Both the position numbers and the translations under genes were made by a program. Shown one piece after another: positions 26,865 through 41,322 of a stretch of DNA of 64,000 nucleotides; position 1 is the first letter of the stretch, and every line of letters begins with the position of its first letter. The stretch is from Octopus vulgaris. Its lineage: Eukaryota. The notes below the pieces were generated by a model. That model was not told the DNA's origin. It ran no database searches and saw only the letters and a list, made by a program, of their open reading frames with translations. The stretch spans positions 124,930,001 through 124,994,000 of the forward strand of contig OX597817.1 in the NCBI GenBank assembly GCA_951406725.2, given 5' to 3'.

Positions 26865-27990
26865 GAGAGATACATCAAAAGTTTGTGAAAATTTTTGAAA
26901 CAAATAAAAAAATGTATTGTAAAAAGAAATTCCAATTTTTAAAATTGAATTAATTCTTTTTGCTCTAGTTTTTATTATTCTTGTAAAATTCTCTGCCCAT
27001 TTATGCCAACTACGAGATGCAGATATTAAAAAAAAAAAATCTATCTCTTTTTCTGCAATGACATTTTCAAATGCTTCTTTAATTTCAGCACTGCTTTCAT
27101 AATCACAGCTCTTTAACCTTCTTTTGAGTAACAGCAAAAAAAGTTAAAATATTGGAAAGAAAATCACACAACACTATTTCAGGCCTGTATGGTAGCTGTG
27201 GAAGAGTTGTGAAAATAATTTTGACAAATGGATTCAGTGCAAATACAACTGCTGTGGGTGGTGCATTGTTGTAGTGAAAAAAGTTATACCCAATAATTTT
27301 CTCATCATTCCTGTCACACATTGTTCTTTAAATTGTTAATTGCTGTCACAAAGCATTGACCAGTTATAGCTTTACCTGCAATAAGATATTCAGTATGAAT
27401 GACACCTTTAGGATTGCAACAGAAAAAAAGAAGGAAAATAAAATGCCATCAACTTGGCTCAAATTGACTTTGTCGTTTCTGGTTTGATGGAAGGTAGAGT
27501 TCCTTTAACTAGCCATTTCATTGACTGTTGTTTGTTTCTTAAACCATATCCTTAAAGACATGTCCTATCACTGGTAATGACTGCTGTAAAAATTCTTTAA
27601 GAATCACTGTCAAAATGTAAATGAACTGGTTTTGCTCAACTCAAACTCTTTTTTCATTGATTAATACACACCAAGAAAAATATATTGTTACAACTAATCT
27701 TATTCACATTCTGATATTCATGAAGTATTTGTTGAACTTGTGCTTTGCTTATGTTCCACTCAAATATAATATTCTAGTTGTCATCATTGAATGTTCAACA
27801 AGTGGGGTTTTTCACAAATACATTGTCGTCATCAGTTGGCGATATTTAAGGATATCCATTGCTCTCTTCATTGCATATTGATCCCTGACTGCCAATAGAA
27901 CATTTCTTCTAGTTCCATATAGTTTATGGAGACACTGCTTCCCTACCATAAACTTTTTGTAAATTATATAAAACATATGATCTGTTTAGT
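26865..27990 (-). mobile_element. Decayed mariner transposon
   Basis: FHYNNAPP (HHDNAP-like), LPQLPYRPEIVLCDF (HPPYSPDLAPCDF-like) and LKRRLKSCDYESSAEIK in the ORFs spanning 26829-27321. Confidence 0.75.
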
Positions 27991-28039
27991 TTCATAGTTT
28001 ATTATAAAATTTTACTTCCCCTTCATGTGCCATAGCTAG

Positions 28040-28200
28040 CTGTTCGTAGCCAAGGACTGCCATGCTTTCCTGCCCCTTACACAACTCAGTATATGATTGA
28101 GCCAGTCTTTTCAAATCTGCTGGTGAGGTTATTGGATGTCTTCTTTCTCTGTCTTCCTCAGTTTGATCTTCTTTCCAGTCTCCCACTTATCACCAAGTCC
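28040..28200 (-). mobile_element. Small LINE (RTE-like) 3' fragment
   Basis: Minus strand reads VISGRLERRSN*GRQRKK, resembling the GKIEGKRxRGRQR C-terminal motif. Confidence 0.45.
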
Positions 28201-29262
28201 TCAAGGAATTTCCACATATAGCCTGTTGTATTCTTATACATATTTTTTAGACTGTGGCCATACTGGTGCACCACCTTGAAGATTTTTTTGTTTGTCAAAA
28301 GAATCAGCCCCTGTACAGTGTGTTTTCTTAATCTTGATACTTATTCTACCAGTCTCTTTCGCTGAACTGCTAAGTTATGGGAGCTATAAACACACAATTA
28401 CCAGTTGTCAAGTGATGGTGGGTACAAACACAGACACAAACACACATACACACACATGCACACACACAAACACACACACACAAGTGTGTGTATGTGTATT
28501 TGTATATGTACAAGGAGAAGTCAAAAGTTATCTGTACTTTCACCATAGCATATCTTTATTATTACCACACTGCCTTCTGTGCATGCGTGCTCATAGTTGG
28601 TACTATTGTGGTCAAGTGATCAAAGTTTGAGCCTAATTATGGTGACAAAAATATAATAGTAAAACTTACTAACTGATATTCACGGAAGCTGGTGATGATC
28701 TGTTTTGGCAAAAGTTAACCCATAAAATTTTGTAGATGAATGAAATTTGATGTTAGTTAACATACTGAGAGAAGTGAAAGAAATCAAATATTCTGAACAT
28801 TTGTCTTTCCTTAGAAAGAAAACAGTTTTGCATGCCAACGTTAGAGTTGCTAAGAAGCAAACGAGAAATTGGAGAACAAAGTTGAGGAAGAGGGTAGGGA
28901 GAGTGACAATGGATAGAGTAATGTGGGAGGAAGTGAAAGAGAGGGTGGTGAAGATTCATAGCAGGTCAGATTAAAACCAGTGTAAGTGGAGGATTATGTG
29001 AAGAGGTGAAGTGGGTTCACAGGTAAGGAGTGGAGGAAAACACATTGAAATAAAGGAAGCAATTACCAGAGTCATTCATACATATATAGGTGAAAGATTT
29101 TACAAAATTACAAACACACTCATGAAGCAGTACGACAGTTCCTCCATGCTTATAAATACAAATGTAAATTTCTATACATATACACAAGCATATACATGCA
29201 GAATCACTGCATATACATGTACATAACATACGTTATGCATATGCATGCACAGTAGATGTAGG

Positions 29263-29302
<40 letters not shown>

Positions 29303-29433
29303 TAGAAAAAAAAACACCTTTTACTTTTTCTAATTTCTATATAAATATTATATTTTGTGAAATTTGATTTAGTATTTCTAAATTGAATTTTTTCCTGTAA
29401 GTTTGGAATAATATTCCCTCATATTATTATTAT

Positions 29434-29478
<45 letters not shown>

Positions 29479-31600
29479 ATAAGCACATAGATGCAAAATA
29501 AGGTGAGAAAAATAGTACTCGAATAATGAAGGTAGAATAATATGATTTTATTAAAGCTGAAGAATATTCACAAACTGTTACTCAGAGTTTCACATTCCTG
29601 TCTGTTGGAATGGTAAGAAGTAGAGGAAAAGGTATTGGAATGAAGTAGACAATTTCAGGACTCAGCCATGCAAATATAACCCATTCATGCATAGGCCATT
29701 TGGTCTGGATGCTCCTTTTATTTGCTGGTAGAAATCATCAGATAGAAGGAAAAATTTGGTGAGGAGGAAGAAATGAAGAAGTCTTATATCTACATACATA
29801 TTGTTTCTTTATTTTCAATGTTCTGTAAAATGTAATTTTATAATACCAACTTAATAAAGTTTTATACAGTCATTAGTGCTTCAAAATCTTTGACCACTTT
29901 AGCCTGTGATTTTCTTGAAATTATATAATTCTTTAAAATTAAATTATTAGTTCTTTTAGACTGAAAGAAAATTAACAGTAAGGCAAATAACAAAATTAAA
30001 ATGAAAGAAAGAAAGAAAATATTGAGATTGTAAAAGCAGCCATCTAGCTATCTATTTTATTGTTTGTTTAGGTTGCTGTAAATTATAGAAATTTTAATTA
30101 ACTAATTAATTAATTAATTGATTAAGTTATAATTTATTAATAAAATAAAAATTTTAATATTTATTTGTAGAAGCAGACATTGGATTGGTTTCAGGATAAA
30201 ACATTGTCATTACCTATTTTATCATCATTTGTCATACAAATAACACCAGAAAATATTTTACTTTTCAGCATCTCTTCTCTTGATCTCTCTCACTCTCTTG
30301 CTCTAACATTCCCTGCTCTGTCCCTCTTGGAGAGAAAGAAGGGGATAGAGAGGGAGAGAAAATTAGCAATGCTTTTACCCACTCAAATGTTTATCAAAAT
30401 ATGGATAATATCTAAGGATAAAACCTGTTCCCAGCATTCACGTTTCAAGCAAAAGCAGAGAATGAATATCATTATGGCTTTCCTGATCTACTAAAAATGT
30501 TGGGAATTATTTTGTTTAATGACTTAATTATAGTAGAAAATGTAGCATCCCTGATCTTGGTATGACACCCAAGGCTGGTACATGTAAATTAAGGGCAAAA
30601 ATAGCAACTCTTGGATTGCTGCAATTGGAAGCAAGACATCAAAATATCGCATTGTTCTCAGAAGGGAAACCTAGGTTCCTGCAATAGATTGGACATCCAC
30701 TGAGGCACCCAAGAGCTATGTGGCAGTGTTAAAGATTAAATTTACCATACTGCAAAAAATAAAATCCTTTTGATATAGTCGTTTACAAGACACTCTATAA
30801 TCAGTTACATTCATAAGTATTCTACATGGTTTTATACAAAATCCCATTTATCCAGTGGCACTCAGAAAGAATTTGTTTGATTCTGAAAAAGATTCCATAC
30901 GTCCACAAAGAATTATGCAATGTAATCAAACAAAGAATCGTTTGGGAAGCAAATTACAGTGTTCCACACAATAAGCACAACTGGATGATGATGATGATGA
31001 TGGTATTGGTGGTGGTGGTGGCGGTAGTGGTTGTGGTGGTAGTGGTGCTGACGGTGATGATGATGATGATGAATTACGACGACAAGCAGTTGCTTATGAA
31101 TGTAAACTTCCAGTCTCTTTGCCACTTGTATTGTCCAAGGAAAAGGCTTTTCTTGATGGTAAATTTAACTTGGCACCAATATTATCACAGATAATACTAT
31201 CAAAATATAAAGAACTGATACTAATGCTCTAATTTTTTCTTAAATCCACTCTCTTAGTGTAATCTTGACAAATAACTTTAAATAGTAGGCCACAGTAACT
31301 AATTAAGAATTTAATCTCAGCCACAGACTTTGATCATTCTAACCTTCTAATTAATTGATCTGTGGCACTTATTATCATTACATCAATACAGTGAGATGAC
31401 AGAATCATTAACATGAAGTACATAATGCTTAGCGGCATTTCCTGCATCTGTATGTTTTGAGTTCAAATTTCATCAAGGTCAACTTTGCCTTTTATCCTTT
31501 TGGGGTTGGTGAAATAAGTTAAGTTGTACACTAGACCCTCCCCTAAATTTCAGGCCTTGTGCTTATAGCAGAGTATCTATATATTGTATGTGTATATATA

Positions 31601-31812
31601 GGTGCAGGAGTGGCTGTGTGGTAAGTAGCTTGTTTACCAACCACATGTGTGTTTATGTCCCCGTTACTTAGCGGTTCGGAAAAAGAGACCGATAGAATAA
31701 GTACTGGGCTTACAAAAGAATAAGTCCTGGGGTCGAGTTGCTCGATTAAAGGCGGTGCTCCAGCATGGCCACAGTCAAATGACCGAAACAAGTAAAAGAG
31801 TAAAAGAGAGAG
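31601..31812 (+). mobile_element. SINE family B, internally deleted
   Basis: The head joins directly to the 3' half at CACATG|TGTGTTTATGTCCCC. Confidence 0.85.
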
Positions 31813-32599
31813 TATATATACACACACTCACACAGCTTTTTTCTGTTTCTGTCTACCAAATCCATTCACTAGGCTTTGGTCATTTTGGGTGAATAGATAG
31901 ATCGATAGAAAGATAGATAGATAGATAGATTGATAGATAGATAGATAGATAGATAGATAGACAAACATGTACCAAACAGATACACATCTCTTAATCTTTG
32001 TCTCTGCCTGTTTCTCTCTTCATTTCTCTCTCTCTCTCCCTCTCTTTATACCTCTCTCTCTCTCCCTCTCTTTATACCTCTCTCTCTCTCTCTCTAGCTG
32101 GCCACTTTGTACCCAGAACAGTGACATTTGACATCCTAAGGCAATAAAAACTCAAGACAAAATTCTTTCTGTACCAAAAACAAGGCATGGGCATGTGTGC
32201 GTGCACACCCACACACACACACACACACACATGCACACACACGCACACACATACACACACACACGCACATGCACACACACACAGATGTGTGTGTGTATCT
32301 ATCTATGTATATATATATACGGATACAGATATTCCCCACTCACTGTCACCAAACAGCTCAATTCTTCAGTTGTAACTAGTTTGTGATCAAGGTATTTTTA
32401 TTTTGCAAAGTTCTATTTTTACCTTGAATTTGTGATTTCAGAGAAAGGTAAGAAATTCTTTATATATTGCATCTTTAGTTTGTTTACTTTATAGTATGAA
32501 TTGTACAAGTGTTTATCCAATTGAAATATTGCAACAGCTAACAGTAAAATATAGAAATTAAGAAAGGCTTTTATGACTTCACAAATGCATTTGTGGTAT

Positions 32600-33281
32600 A
32601 TTAGGAGCTCAACTAAAAAAAAAAAAGTTTAAAAAATTTCCTGTGAAATCAGGGCCGGAGGATTTCTGAGAGTGCACCCTACCCCACCTCCTTCATTTTC
32701 TGCATTTGCGGTATATATAGAGGTCGACTAAGATGATAACATACAAAAAAAAAAATGCTGAAAATATTTTTTCCAAGTGAAATCAGGGCCGGAAAGGGGA
32801 ATTTCCAGGGACTGACCCACCCCCATCCCTTCCGTTTTCCATTTAAAAAATGCATTTCCGACAGGTTACGAAGTCAACTAAGACAATTGCACAAAAAAAA
32901 AAAAAAAAAAGAAGCGGGAAAAAATTATTTACTACTGAATTGAGCTGGGTGTGGAAGTATGAGTTTACCTATATGTCTTCGCATATAGTTATTTTGAAAT
33001 GCTTGTTTTCTGATATTTGTGAGTCCATCAAATAAATATTCAACCCTATTAAATGTTGGTCTTCCTAAACATGAAATTATATGATAGCTCCAGCCCTAAA
33101 TAAATTTAACTTGTACTTTTAAAGATGTTCTTTAGGATAAAGTGAAATATTGAGCTTCAGATAGAATAAAGTAAAATATAGCTATGAATAAAAGGTGTAT
33201 AGGTTATGAATTTTGATTGAAGAAATGGGGCCTTGAAATAAAAAGTTGCAGGAGGCCTCTAAAAGTCATGCGATGGCCCTG
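32600..33281. mobile_element. Non-autonomous DNA transposon candidate with internal ~135-bp repeats
   Basis: GTGAAATCAGGGCCGGA at about 32643 and 32777, repeated STCRACTAA plus poly-A units, and a right end TGGCCCTG complementary to CAGGGCC. Confidence 0.45.
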
Positions 33282-33757
33282 CCCATACTATGTACTTGTG
33301 CTCAGAGAGACACACATTGTCAGCCTCTAAGGTACATGCTCAAGTGGTTAAGGCCAAGTAACTGACAAGCAAATCTGTAGTATTGAGCAGAATATTTGCA
33401 ACTCAGCTCTGAATCTAGCTGAAATGTAATGGAAAAATAGGTCAGTTTCAAAACATTGATGTCTAGGTCACAAAAGCAAATTTCAAAGGGAATAGTAGTC
33501 ATTTCCTTTAATATCTAGACAGAAGCATATAATAAAAAAATTTTATTGACCAAAGGCATAAAAGAAATAAAAATTTTGTTACACAGTGTAATGTAAAGGT
33601 CAAGCCTTGTTACATTGTGTCACAAGAATTATATTAAGGGTTCATGTGTTTATAGAAAGTTTAGCCACTTGCAATATTGCTAATTCAATGAGCTAGTGGG
33701 TGAGTTGATTGAACTAATTTATGTTCAAAAACCATCAAAACCCAACAGAGATCTACT

Positions 33758-33962
33758 TAGAGAGGATACTGGAAAGTTCCTGGCTTTAAGGGTCTCGTGG
33801 AAGGCATGGTTGGAGGCCCAACTTTCCAAGTTCTTTTGCTTAGAAAAACTGAAGGACTGTTGTGATAATTGTGTGAATCTGAGGAGGGAATATCTAGAAT
33901 AAAATCATAATTAACTGATCCACCCATATTTTCTTTTACCCTAAGTCAGAAACTTTTCAGCA
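33758..33962 (+). mobile_element. Mariner-derived MITE
   Basis: TIR-like ends CTGGAAAGTTCCTGGCTT / AAGTCAGAAACTTTTCAG. It retains a transposase C-terminus (LEKLKDCCDNCVNLRREYLE*). A second copy is at 46761. Confidence 0.75.
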
Positions 33963-34741
33963 AGTGTAGCAACTCTAAAAAACCTAAAACATATTCTAGA
34001 GATGTTTCCCCACCCCACCCCATCCTTACTGTCATATTTAATGATTAGTAATGTTGTTACCAAGTCAACAAACTAATACTGTCTTTCTCACTGCATAAGT
34101 ATTTCTAATTTGCATAACCCCATTAATATGCAATGCCCTAAAAACAAAACAGACAGAAAATCATATATTTTATTGTATTTATTAGTTGTAGTTCATTGTA
34201 ATTAATTGTAGAATATAAATTAAACTTCACTCATTAAGTACTTTAACACTAATTTAATTATTGTTTTTCATGTGGATGACATCTTTAAAAGAAAGATAAA
34301 CAGGAATTATTTATTTTTTTAAATATGACAAATTTCATTTGTATTCTAGATTTAGCAACAAATAAATCACCAAACTACAATTACTTCATCAACTTGTATG
34401 CTTGGAATAAATAGAGATTCTTTGAATAAATTGTAAAACAACGTTGGATGAGAAGGGAAAATTTAGAAAATGTCAAAACCAGGTTAAATGTCAGTAATAA
34501 AATTCAAGCTAGTATTGCAAATTTTGATAAAAATTTTTTTTATTTCCAGGGTGGAAGTGGTGTCTATGATACACACATTCAAAAAAGAAATTAATTGATT
34601 ATTTGCTGTATTAGATATCATTGAAAAATGATGGTCAGGTCAAAGATATTTGAATGACTGAACATTTGCCATGATGGGAATAGTATTTAGTTTCTGTAGG
34701 GCAGTGATTTCATAGAGTTAGTAAAGAATTGAACAAAAGCC

Positions 34742-34966
34742 TATTTCTTTACTACCCACAAGGGGCTAAACATAGAGGGGACAAACAAGGACAGACAAAC
34801 GGATCAAGTCGATTACATCGACCCCAGTGCATAACTGGTACTTAATTTATCGATCCTGAAAGGATGAAAGGCAAAGTCGACCTCAACGGAATTTGAACTC
34901 AGAACGTAGCAATGGGCGAAATACCGTGAAGCACTTCGCCTGGCGTGCTAACGTCTCTGCCAGCTC
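34742..34966 (-). mobile_element. SINE family A
   Basis: Family match; TSD AACAAAAGCCT. Confidence 0.9.
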
Positions 34967-35084
34967 AAACAAAAGCCTTGAAGTATTTAGTTGCATCATT
35001 TTGCATTCTGTGTTCAAATCTTGTTAATGTTGATTTTCTTGCATCATTTCAGGGCTAAGTAATAAGTTTACTTCCCATCTACAG

Positions 35085-35420
35085 AGTTCAGGGTCCTGTC
35101 CTACTCTGTGGTACCTTGGACAACCGTTTTCTACTATAACCCCAGGCCAGCCAAAGTCTTATGAGTGTATTTGGTAGACTAAAACTGAAAGAAGATCATT
35201 GCTTATATACATGTACATATCTATGTGTGTCTTTGTCGCCCACCACTGTTTGACACCTGATATTGGTTTTTTGACATCCTGTAACTTATCAGAGACCAAT
35301 AGAAGAATAAGTATCAGGCTTGTAAAATAAATGCTGGAGTCAATTTGGTTGACTAGATCCTTCAAGGAGGTTCCCCCACATAGCTGCAGTCCAATGACTA
35401 AAACAAGTAAAAGATAAAAG
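35085..35420 (+). mobile_element. Older SINE B-related copy
   Basis: Diverged match ending ATGACTAAAACAAGTAAAAGATAAAAG. Similar decayed copies at 28245-28440 (-) and 58590-58985 (+). Confidence 0.7.
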
Positions 35421-36779
35421 CTAATGATACCTACCAAGAATTGGGATCAATACAATCATTTATTCTCAGCCCCCAAATTTGTAGTCTTGCATTTATGGTA
35501 TAAATTTGCAATATTTTATAACAGGGTGAAACAGTAGGCCATTCAACAAAATTGCTTTAAGTTATTTAGCTGTCGTGTTTTGCATTCTCCACTGTAGACC
35601 CATCAAAGTCAACTTTGTCTTTTGTTTTTCTGTGAGTTTCATAAAATAAGCAACTCTAAAGTACTAGTGTCAATATAACTGACTTCAGTCATTCCCCATC
35701 TGTAAATATTTGGGACCAATCTATAGTTTGATCAGTTTAGCAGCCAGCATTTTTTAGATTAAAGCAATCTAGTAAAGCATCTTAAATTTATATTTTCCCT
35801 TTGTGGTTCAGTCAAGAAGAAACAGCAGTGTCCGTGGATAATTGTAGGTTTTTAGAGAATGAAGAGATTGAAAGCGTTTATGCTCAATTTGAATATCAAT
35901 CTGCCAATTTGTGTAGAGAAAAATGTTGGCAGGACTACATTTCCAGAGGAATGATTTTTTTTAGTAGGAATGATTGGGGAGAGTAATCATTATGAGTTTA
36001 GAGGAATGGTCAAGAAATGATTATTAGCCAGTTCTGAGAAACAAAGGTTGTACTATCAACAAAACAAGCTCATAGAGAGAGAGAGAGAGTGAGAGAGAGC
36101 AGAGGCTACATATCTGTGGGTCAGAGGCTGTATGTTATGTGATGTGTTGGTGAGTGAATCTGTGACAATCAGTTAGATGGCTTTCATTTTGGATATGGTC
36201 TCAATTGTTACATCTAATTTTGTTGGTGGCAGAAGCACAGTCCAACATGAATGGCTTATTCTAAATACCTAATTTCAAACAATTTACTCGGATTGTCAAG
36301 AAAAGAAGTTAGGAAATTCTAGGAACAATGAAGTTTCCTTTATGAACATTCACTGTAATGTTGAGAAGCCATGGCAGAATTAAAAGATATAATTTTCAGA
36401 ACAATTTTGAAATCACTTGTTATATATATATAGATATATAGATATGTGTATATATAGATATATAGATATGTGTGTTGAAAAGAAAAGAAAAGAGCAAAAA
36501 TGTAAAGAGAAGACAATTTCTATAGTAATTTAGAAACTGACCACTTAAGTCACTAAATATCAATATCATTTCAAAAGAAATAAAATATTTCATGATGCTA
36601 ATCTGATTTCTTTCAAAAGTGAACAAAGAAAAATATGCTACCATAAGAGTAAAATGATAATGAAGTCATATATGGAGAAAGAAATGAGACTGAAAATATA
36701 TTCTTATAAGAAAGAACATTAAAATATACTCTTAACAGAAATAGCATTCTATTTAACTGGAGTAGAATGGTGTTTGTTG

Positions 36780-36988
36780 TTCCTTTCTACTATAGGCACA
36801 AGGCCTAAAATTTGTGGGGAGGGGGTAAGTCGATTACATCGACTCCAGTATGTAACTGGTACTTATTTCATAGATACCAAAATAATGAAAGGCAAAAAAT
36901 CAACCTCGACAGAATTTGAACTCAGAATGTGAAAATGGACAAAATACTGCTAAGCATTTTGCCCACCATGCTAATGATTCTGCCAGCT
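36780..36988 (-). mobile_element. SINE family A, alternative-tail subfamily
   Basis: Matches 7972-8171. Confidence 0.8.
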
Positions 36989-37499
36989 ATTAGTTCCACC
37001 ATATACTGTTTTGGCGAAATTATAAGCCTTGCAATATTTTCCTATTTCCTTCTTTATTGATCATGTATACACATTTTGTATAACATATGAAACATAATCT
37101 TATCAAACAGTGTTTCAGTAATTTTTTTGTATCTGATTTTCAATTGCCATGTTTATTTCAATATTCAATAAAAAGGACAAAACATGAGGTTTTGGGCGAT
37201 CACCACTACCACCACAACTACTGCCATCATCATCTTTATTTTTATGTTTACTTTTCCATGCTTGCATTGGTCTAGCAAAATTTGTTGAGGCAGAATTTCT
37301 ACCAAGGGGATTCTATTCTGGTTGCCAACATTTACTTCTTTCCTAGCAAGATGATATTTTATCCCACTCCAGACATTTTACCCATAAGATTGCTAACAAA
37401 TGGCAGTGTCTGTATGACAGCGATATCAACTGACAATTAACGTATGATGTCAAGATAGGGAATACACGCACATTCATGCATGCATATATACATATGCAT

Positions 37500-37731
37500 A
37501 AGGCGGCGAGCTGGCAGAACTGTTAGCACGCCGGGTGAAATGCTTAGTGCTATTTCGTCTTCCGCTATGTTCTGAGTTCAAATTCCGCTGAGATTGACTT
37601 TGCCTTTCATCCTTTCGGGATCGATAAATTAAGTACCAGTTACGCACTGGGTTGATGTAATCGACTAAATCTGTTTGTCTGTCCTTGTTTGTCCCCTCTA
37701 TGTTTAGCCCCTTGTGGGCAATAAATAAATA
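37500..37731 (+). mobile_element. SINE family A
   Basis: AAGGCGGCGAGCTGGCAGAA...CCCCTTGTGGGCAATAAA. Confidence 0.92.
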
Positions 37732-38216
37732 ATATATACATATGCATGTGTTAGACTTCTTTTTCAGTTTCCATCTACAATATTCATTCTCAAGACTTTG
37801 GTTAGTCCAGGGTTATTGTAGCAGGCACACCCAAGTTGGAAGGCAGTAGGACTGAATATGAAACTAAGCTTTTAAAAATATAGTATTATGAAATATCCAA
37901 ATTCTCAGGTTGTGGTAAAAACTTTTAACCCCAAATGTTTTACTGTGGGATTACATTCCAAAATAAGCAGATGTAAAGTGAACCTCTTGAGCACAGTTAT
38001 GCTTGTGTCCACTGTTTTCTCTTTCCTCGTTTATTTAAAAAGGGAAGAATATCAACGATGGCCGTTTTCAGGTCTTCTTTGATGAGTGAGAGGAAACAAT
38101 GTATTTATTCTCAAAGTAGAGACCAAGTTTGAATTCTTGCCCGATGGAAAACTCTTCTAAAAGTACCTGAGAGACAAGGGTTCATGTTAAAACTGGTAAT
38201 AGAATAAGTCTGAATA

Positions 38217-38449
38217 AGGCGGCGAGCTGGCAAAAGCATCAGCGTGCCAAGCGAAATGCTTAGCGGTATTTCATCTGCCATTACGTTCTGAGTTCAAATT
38301 CCGCCGAGGTTGACTTTGCCTTTCATCCTTTTGGGGGTCGATAAATTAAGTACCAGTTATGCACTGGGTTCGATGTAATCGACTTAATCTCTTTGTCTGT
38401 CCTTGTTTGCCCCCTCTATGTTTAGCCCCTTGTGGGCAATAAAGAAATA
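38217..38449 (+). mobile_element. SINE family A
   Basis: Full length; TSD AGAATAAGTCTGAA. Confidence 0.92.
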
Positions 38450-39579
38450 AGAATAAGTCTGAAAGGCTGCATGCAACTAATATTTATATAACTGTAGAAA
38501 GCTGAAATACCAAACTGATTGACAGACATGAGGAGATCTGAACTGAGAAATTAGAGGAACCAAGCTAAATACAACATGTTATTTAGTCTGGCAACTCTAC
38601 AATTTCTGTCAATCTACCATGGCACATAATTTAAAAATATTATTAACTATTAAAATTGTACATCTTACTCTTTAATGTTGCTTAATAGCGTACACTATTT
38701 TTCTTTTCTTCTACTAAAATATAATTAACCATATGATTCTTATCTAACCAAAAAATAAATGAAACAAATGCAATTCCAATGCTCACACACATGCACACAG
38801 GAAAAAGATAAAATAAAATAAAGTAAAATAAAATATAAACAATGTTATCATTAATTTGCCTTGCTACAAATACATTGTTGATTACCAAGATCAAAGGATA
38901 TAAATTTCATTTCACACAATTAAAGAGAAATTACCCTCTCCAGCCACCCACCAAAAATTTAAAAAAAAACCAGCAACAATAAAACTAAACAAAATAAAAC
39001 AAGAACAACAATAACTACAACAACCACATCTTATATAACCAAATCAATGATTATAAAACAAAATAGGAATTTTCCAGCGATTTATATTTTATCTTTAATC
39101 AAATTCTCTAAAGAAAACTACAAGTATGCAATAGGTGGGGTTCTCTTTTACAATGACACAGTAATTTCAGAGGAAGTTGTTTTTATTTTTCAAACAGCGT
39201 TCTGAATTTTATCTTGTTTCCTTCTTTTCCTTTTTCGTGTTTTACTTTTGTTATTTACTTTTATTTCAGCTAATTTATTCTAACAACTTTAAACAACTTC
39301 AAAATTGACTAATTTTTCTAGCAACTCTATTAGACTAAGTTATATTTTACATGAATATTCTCAAATTCTAATTCTATTTCTTCAATCAGAATATCAAAAC
39401 TGATTCTCCAAACTATACCTCCTTAATGTTTTACTGTTTTAATTTAAATTAGTAAAATATTTGTTAATTAGTATCAGACCTAATCAACTAGATCTATAAT
39501 GTTAAGAGTTCCCCCCATGACAATCGCATGGTTATTCTCAGACAAGGTGCATGTAAAATTACATTATTGAATATGAACT

Positions 39580-39690
39580 ACCATTTCTTTTGTAAAAAGT
39601 ATGATTTCTGGGAGATATAGTTGCTATGTTTAACAGATCAAGGAACCTTTTAGAAGCTCTCGCATTAACTTGAACAGTGATATTTTGTTT
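39580..39690 (-). mobile_element. Possible Penelope-like relic
   Basis: VNARASKRFLDLLN...PRNHTFYK resembles the PLE linker IGKxFLxLIDKHFPxxHKxxK. Confidence 0.4.
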
Positions 39691-40157
39691 GGAGGCATTC
39701 TGATAGGTATGCAAAAGGATGGTGGTGGTGTTGGTGGTGATGGTGGTGGTAATGATGATGACCATCATCATCATCATCATCATCACCACCACCATCACCC
39801 CCTCCCAACACCATCACTCTCAACCCCATCATCACCCTGCTGCCACCATCATCATCTCTACATAAGTTTTTCCCTTGTTTGTATAACTTGGATAGATCCT
39901 TTCCAATACAGTATCTCACCATTTGACAGGTTTCTTTTTCATCTTCTTTACAAGGGTTGACACCCTGAGAACAGCTTTGGGCACTTCTACTAATGTCTTC
40001 TTTAATCCTTTTCATCCATAATGCCTTTCCACTTGGATCACTTGACTCTTCGTTCCCTATCTCTTATGATACATTACATGTCCATGACAGCATATTCTAC
40101 AAACTACAGGATTTCACATGATCAGTTTTGCAACTGTTACTACATTAACTATTAATG

Positions 40158-40772
40158 TCAGGTCATCCCATAAGTTCTGTCCGAATTTTGAATAAAGAAA
40201 ACTAGTGATCAAATGTTATATTTAATTGAAATTTAATCATCAATGTACTTTCCCTGATTATCTATGACTTCCTTCCATCTATTTACAAGCTTTTTAATCC
40301 CATCAATGTAAAACTCTTTTGGTTTCAAAGCGAAGAACTCTGAAATGTCAGTTTCAACCTCCTCCTGGCTTGTGCAAGTTATGTCCCCCAAATGATTTTG
40401 TAAACTACAAAACAAATGGTAGTCTGAAGGACCAAGGTCGGGAGAATAAGGTGGATGAGGAATTTTTTCCCAACCAAGCTCTTCAATCTTCTGTAATGTG
40501 ATCTTTGCAGTGTTGGGTCACGCATTGTCCTGATGAAGCATCACTCCTTTTTGATTCACTAAAGCGGGACTTGTTTTCTTCAAAGCTTGGTTCAAACATT
40601 CTAATTGCTGACAGTAGACTTGAGCATTGATTGTTGCATTAGGTGGTAACAACTGAAAGTGAATTACTCCTTTGCAATTCCACCAGATAGAGAGAAGAAC
40701 CTTTTTCCCATGAAGTTCCCTTCTCGGTTGTAGTTGAGCTTTTTCCCTTTTACCAAGCCACTGTTTACGAAT
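40158..40772 (-). mobile_element. Mariner transposon 3' half (transposase pseudogene)
   Basis: LHGKKVLLSIWWNCKGVIHFQLL...YCQQL...LHQDNA and FYIDGIKKLVNRWKEVIDNQGKYIDD. TIR-like end at 40158. Interrupted or truncated by SINE B at about 40775. Confidence 0.92.
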
Positions 40773-40774
40773 CT

Positions 40775-40997
40775 TTTTTTTTATTCTTTTATTTGTTTCA
40801 GTCATTTGACTGTGGCCATGCCAGAGCACCGCCTTTAGTCGAGCAAATCGACCCCAGGACTTATGCTTTGTAAGCCAAGTACTTATTCTATCGATCTCTC
40901 TTGCTGAACTGCTAAGTAACAGGGACATAAACACACCAGCATTGGTTGTCAAGTGATGTTGGGGGGGGGGGGGACAAACACAGATACACAAACATAT

Positions 40998-41030
<33 letters not shown>

Positions 41031-41039
41031 TATATACAG

Positions 41040-41077
<38 letters not shown>

Positions 41078-41190
41078 ACGACAGGCTTCTTTCAGTTTCC
41101 GTCTACCAAATTCACTCACAAGGCTTTGGTCGGCCCAAGGCTATAGTAGAAAACACTTGCCCGAGATGCCACTGAACCTGGAACTATGTG
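40775..41190 (-). mobile_element. SINE family B
   Basis: Reverse complement of the family B consensus. Confidence 0.9.
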
Positions 41191-41283
41191 TCCCACCCAA
41201 GAAGAATCGATGTTAGATGTGTTGAAACAATTGTCGTTATTAATAATAAATTCTCATACATTCCATCTTCTGTCTTTCATTTG

Positions 41284-41322
<39 letters not shown>

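Noticed and set aside
34350-34640. Plus-strand acceptor/donor pairs as coding exons
   Set aside because: Stop codons in all three frames and weak donors.
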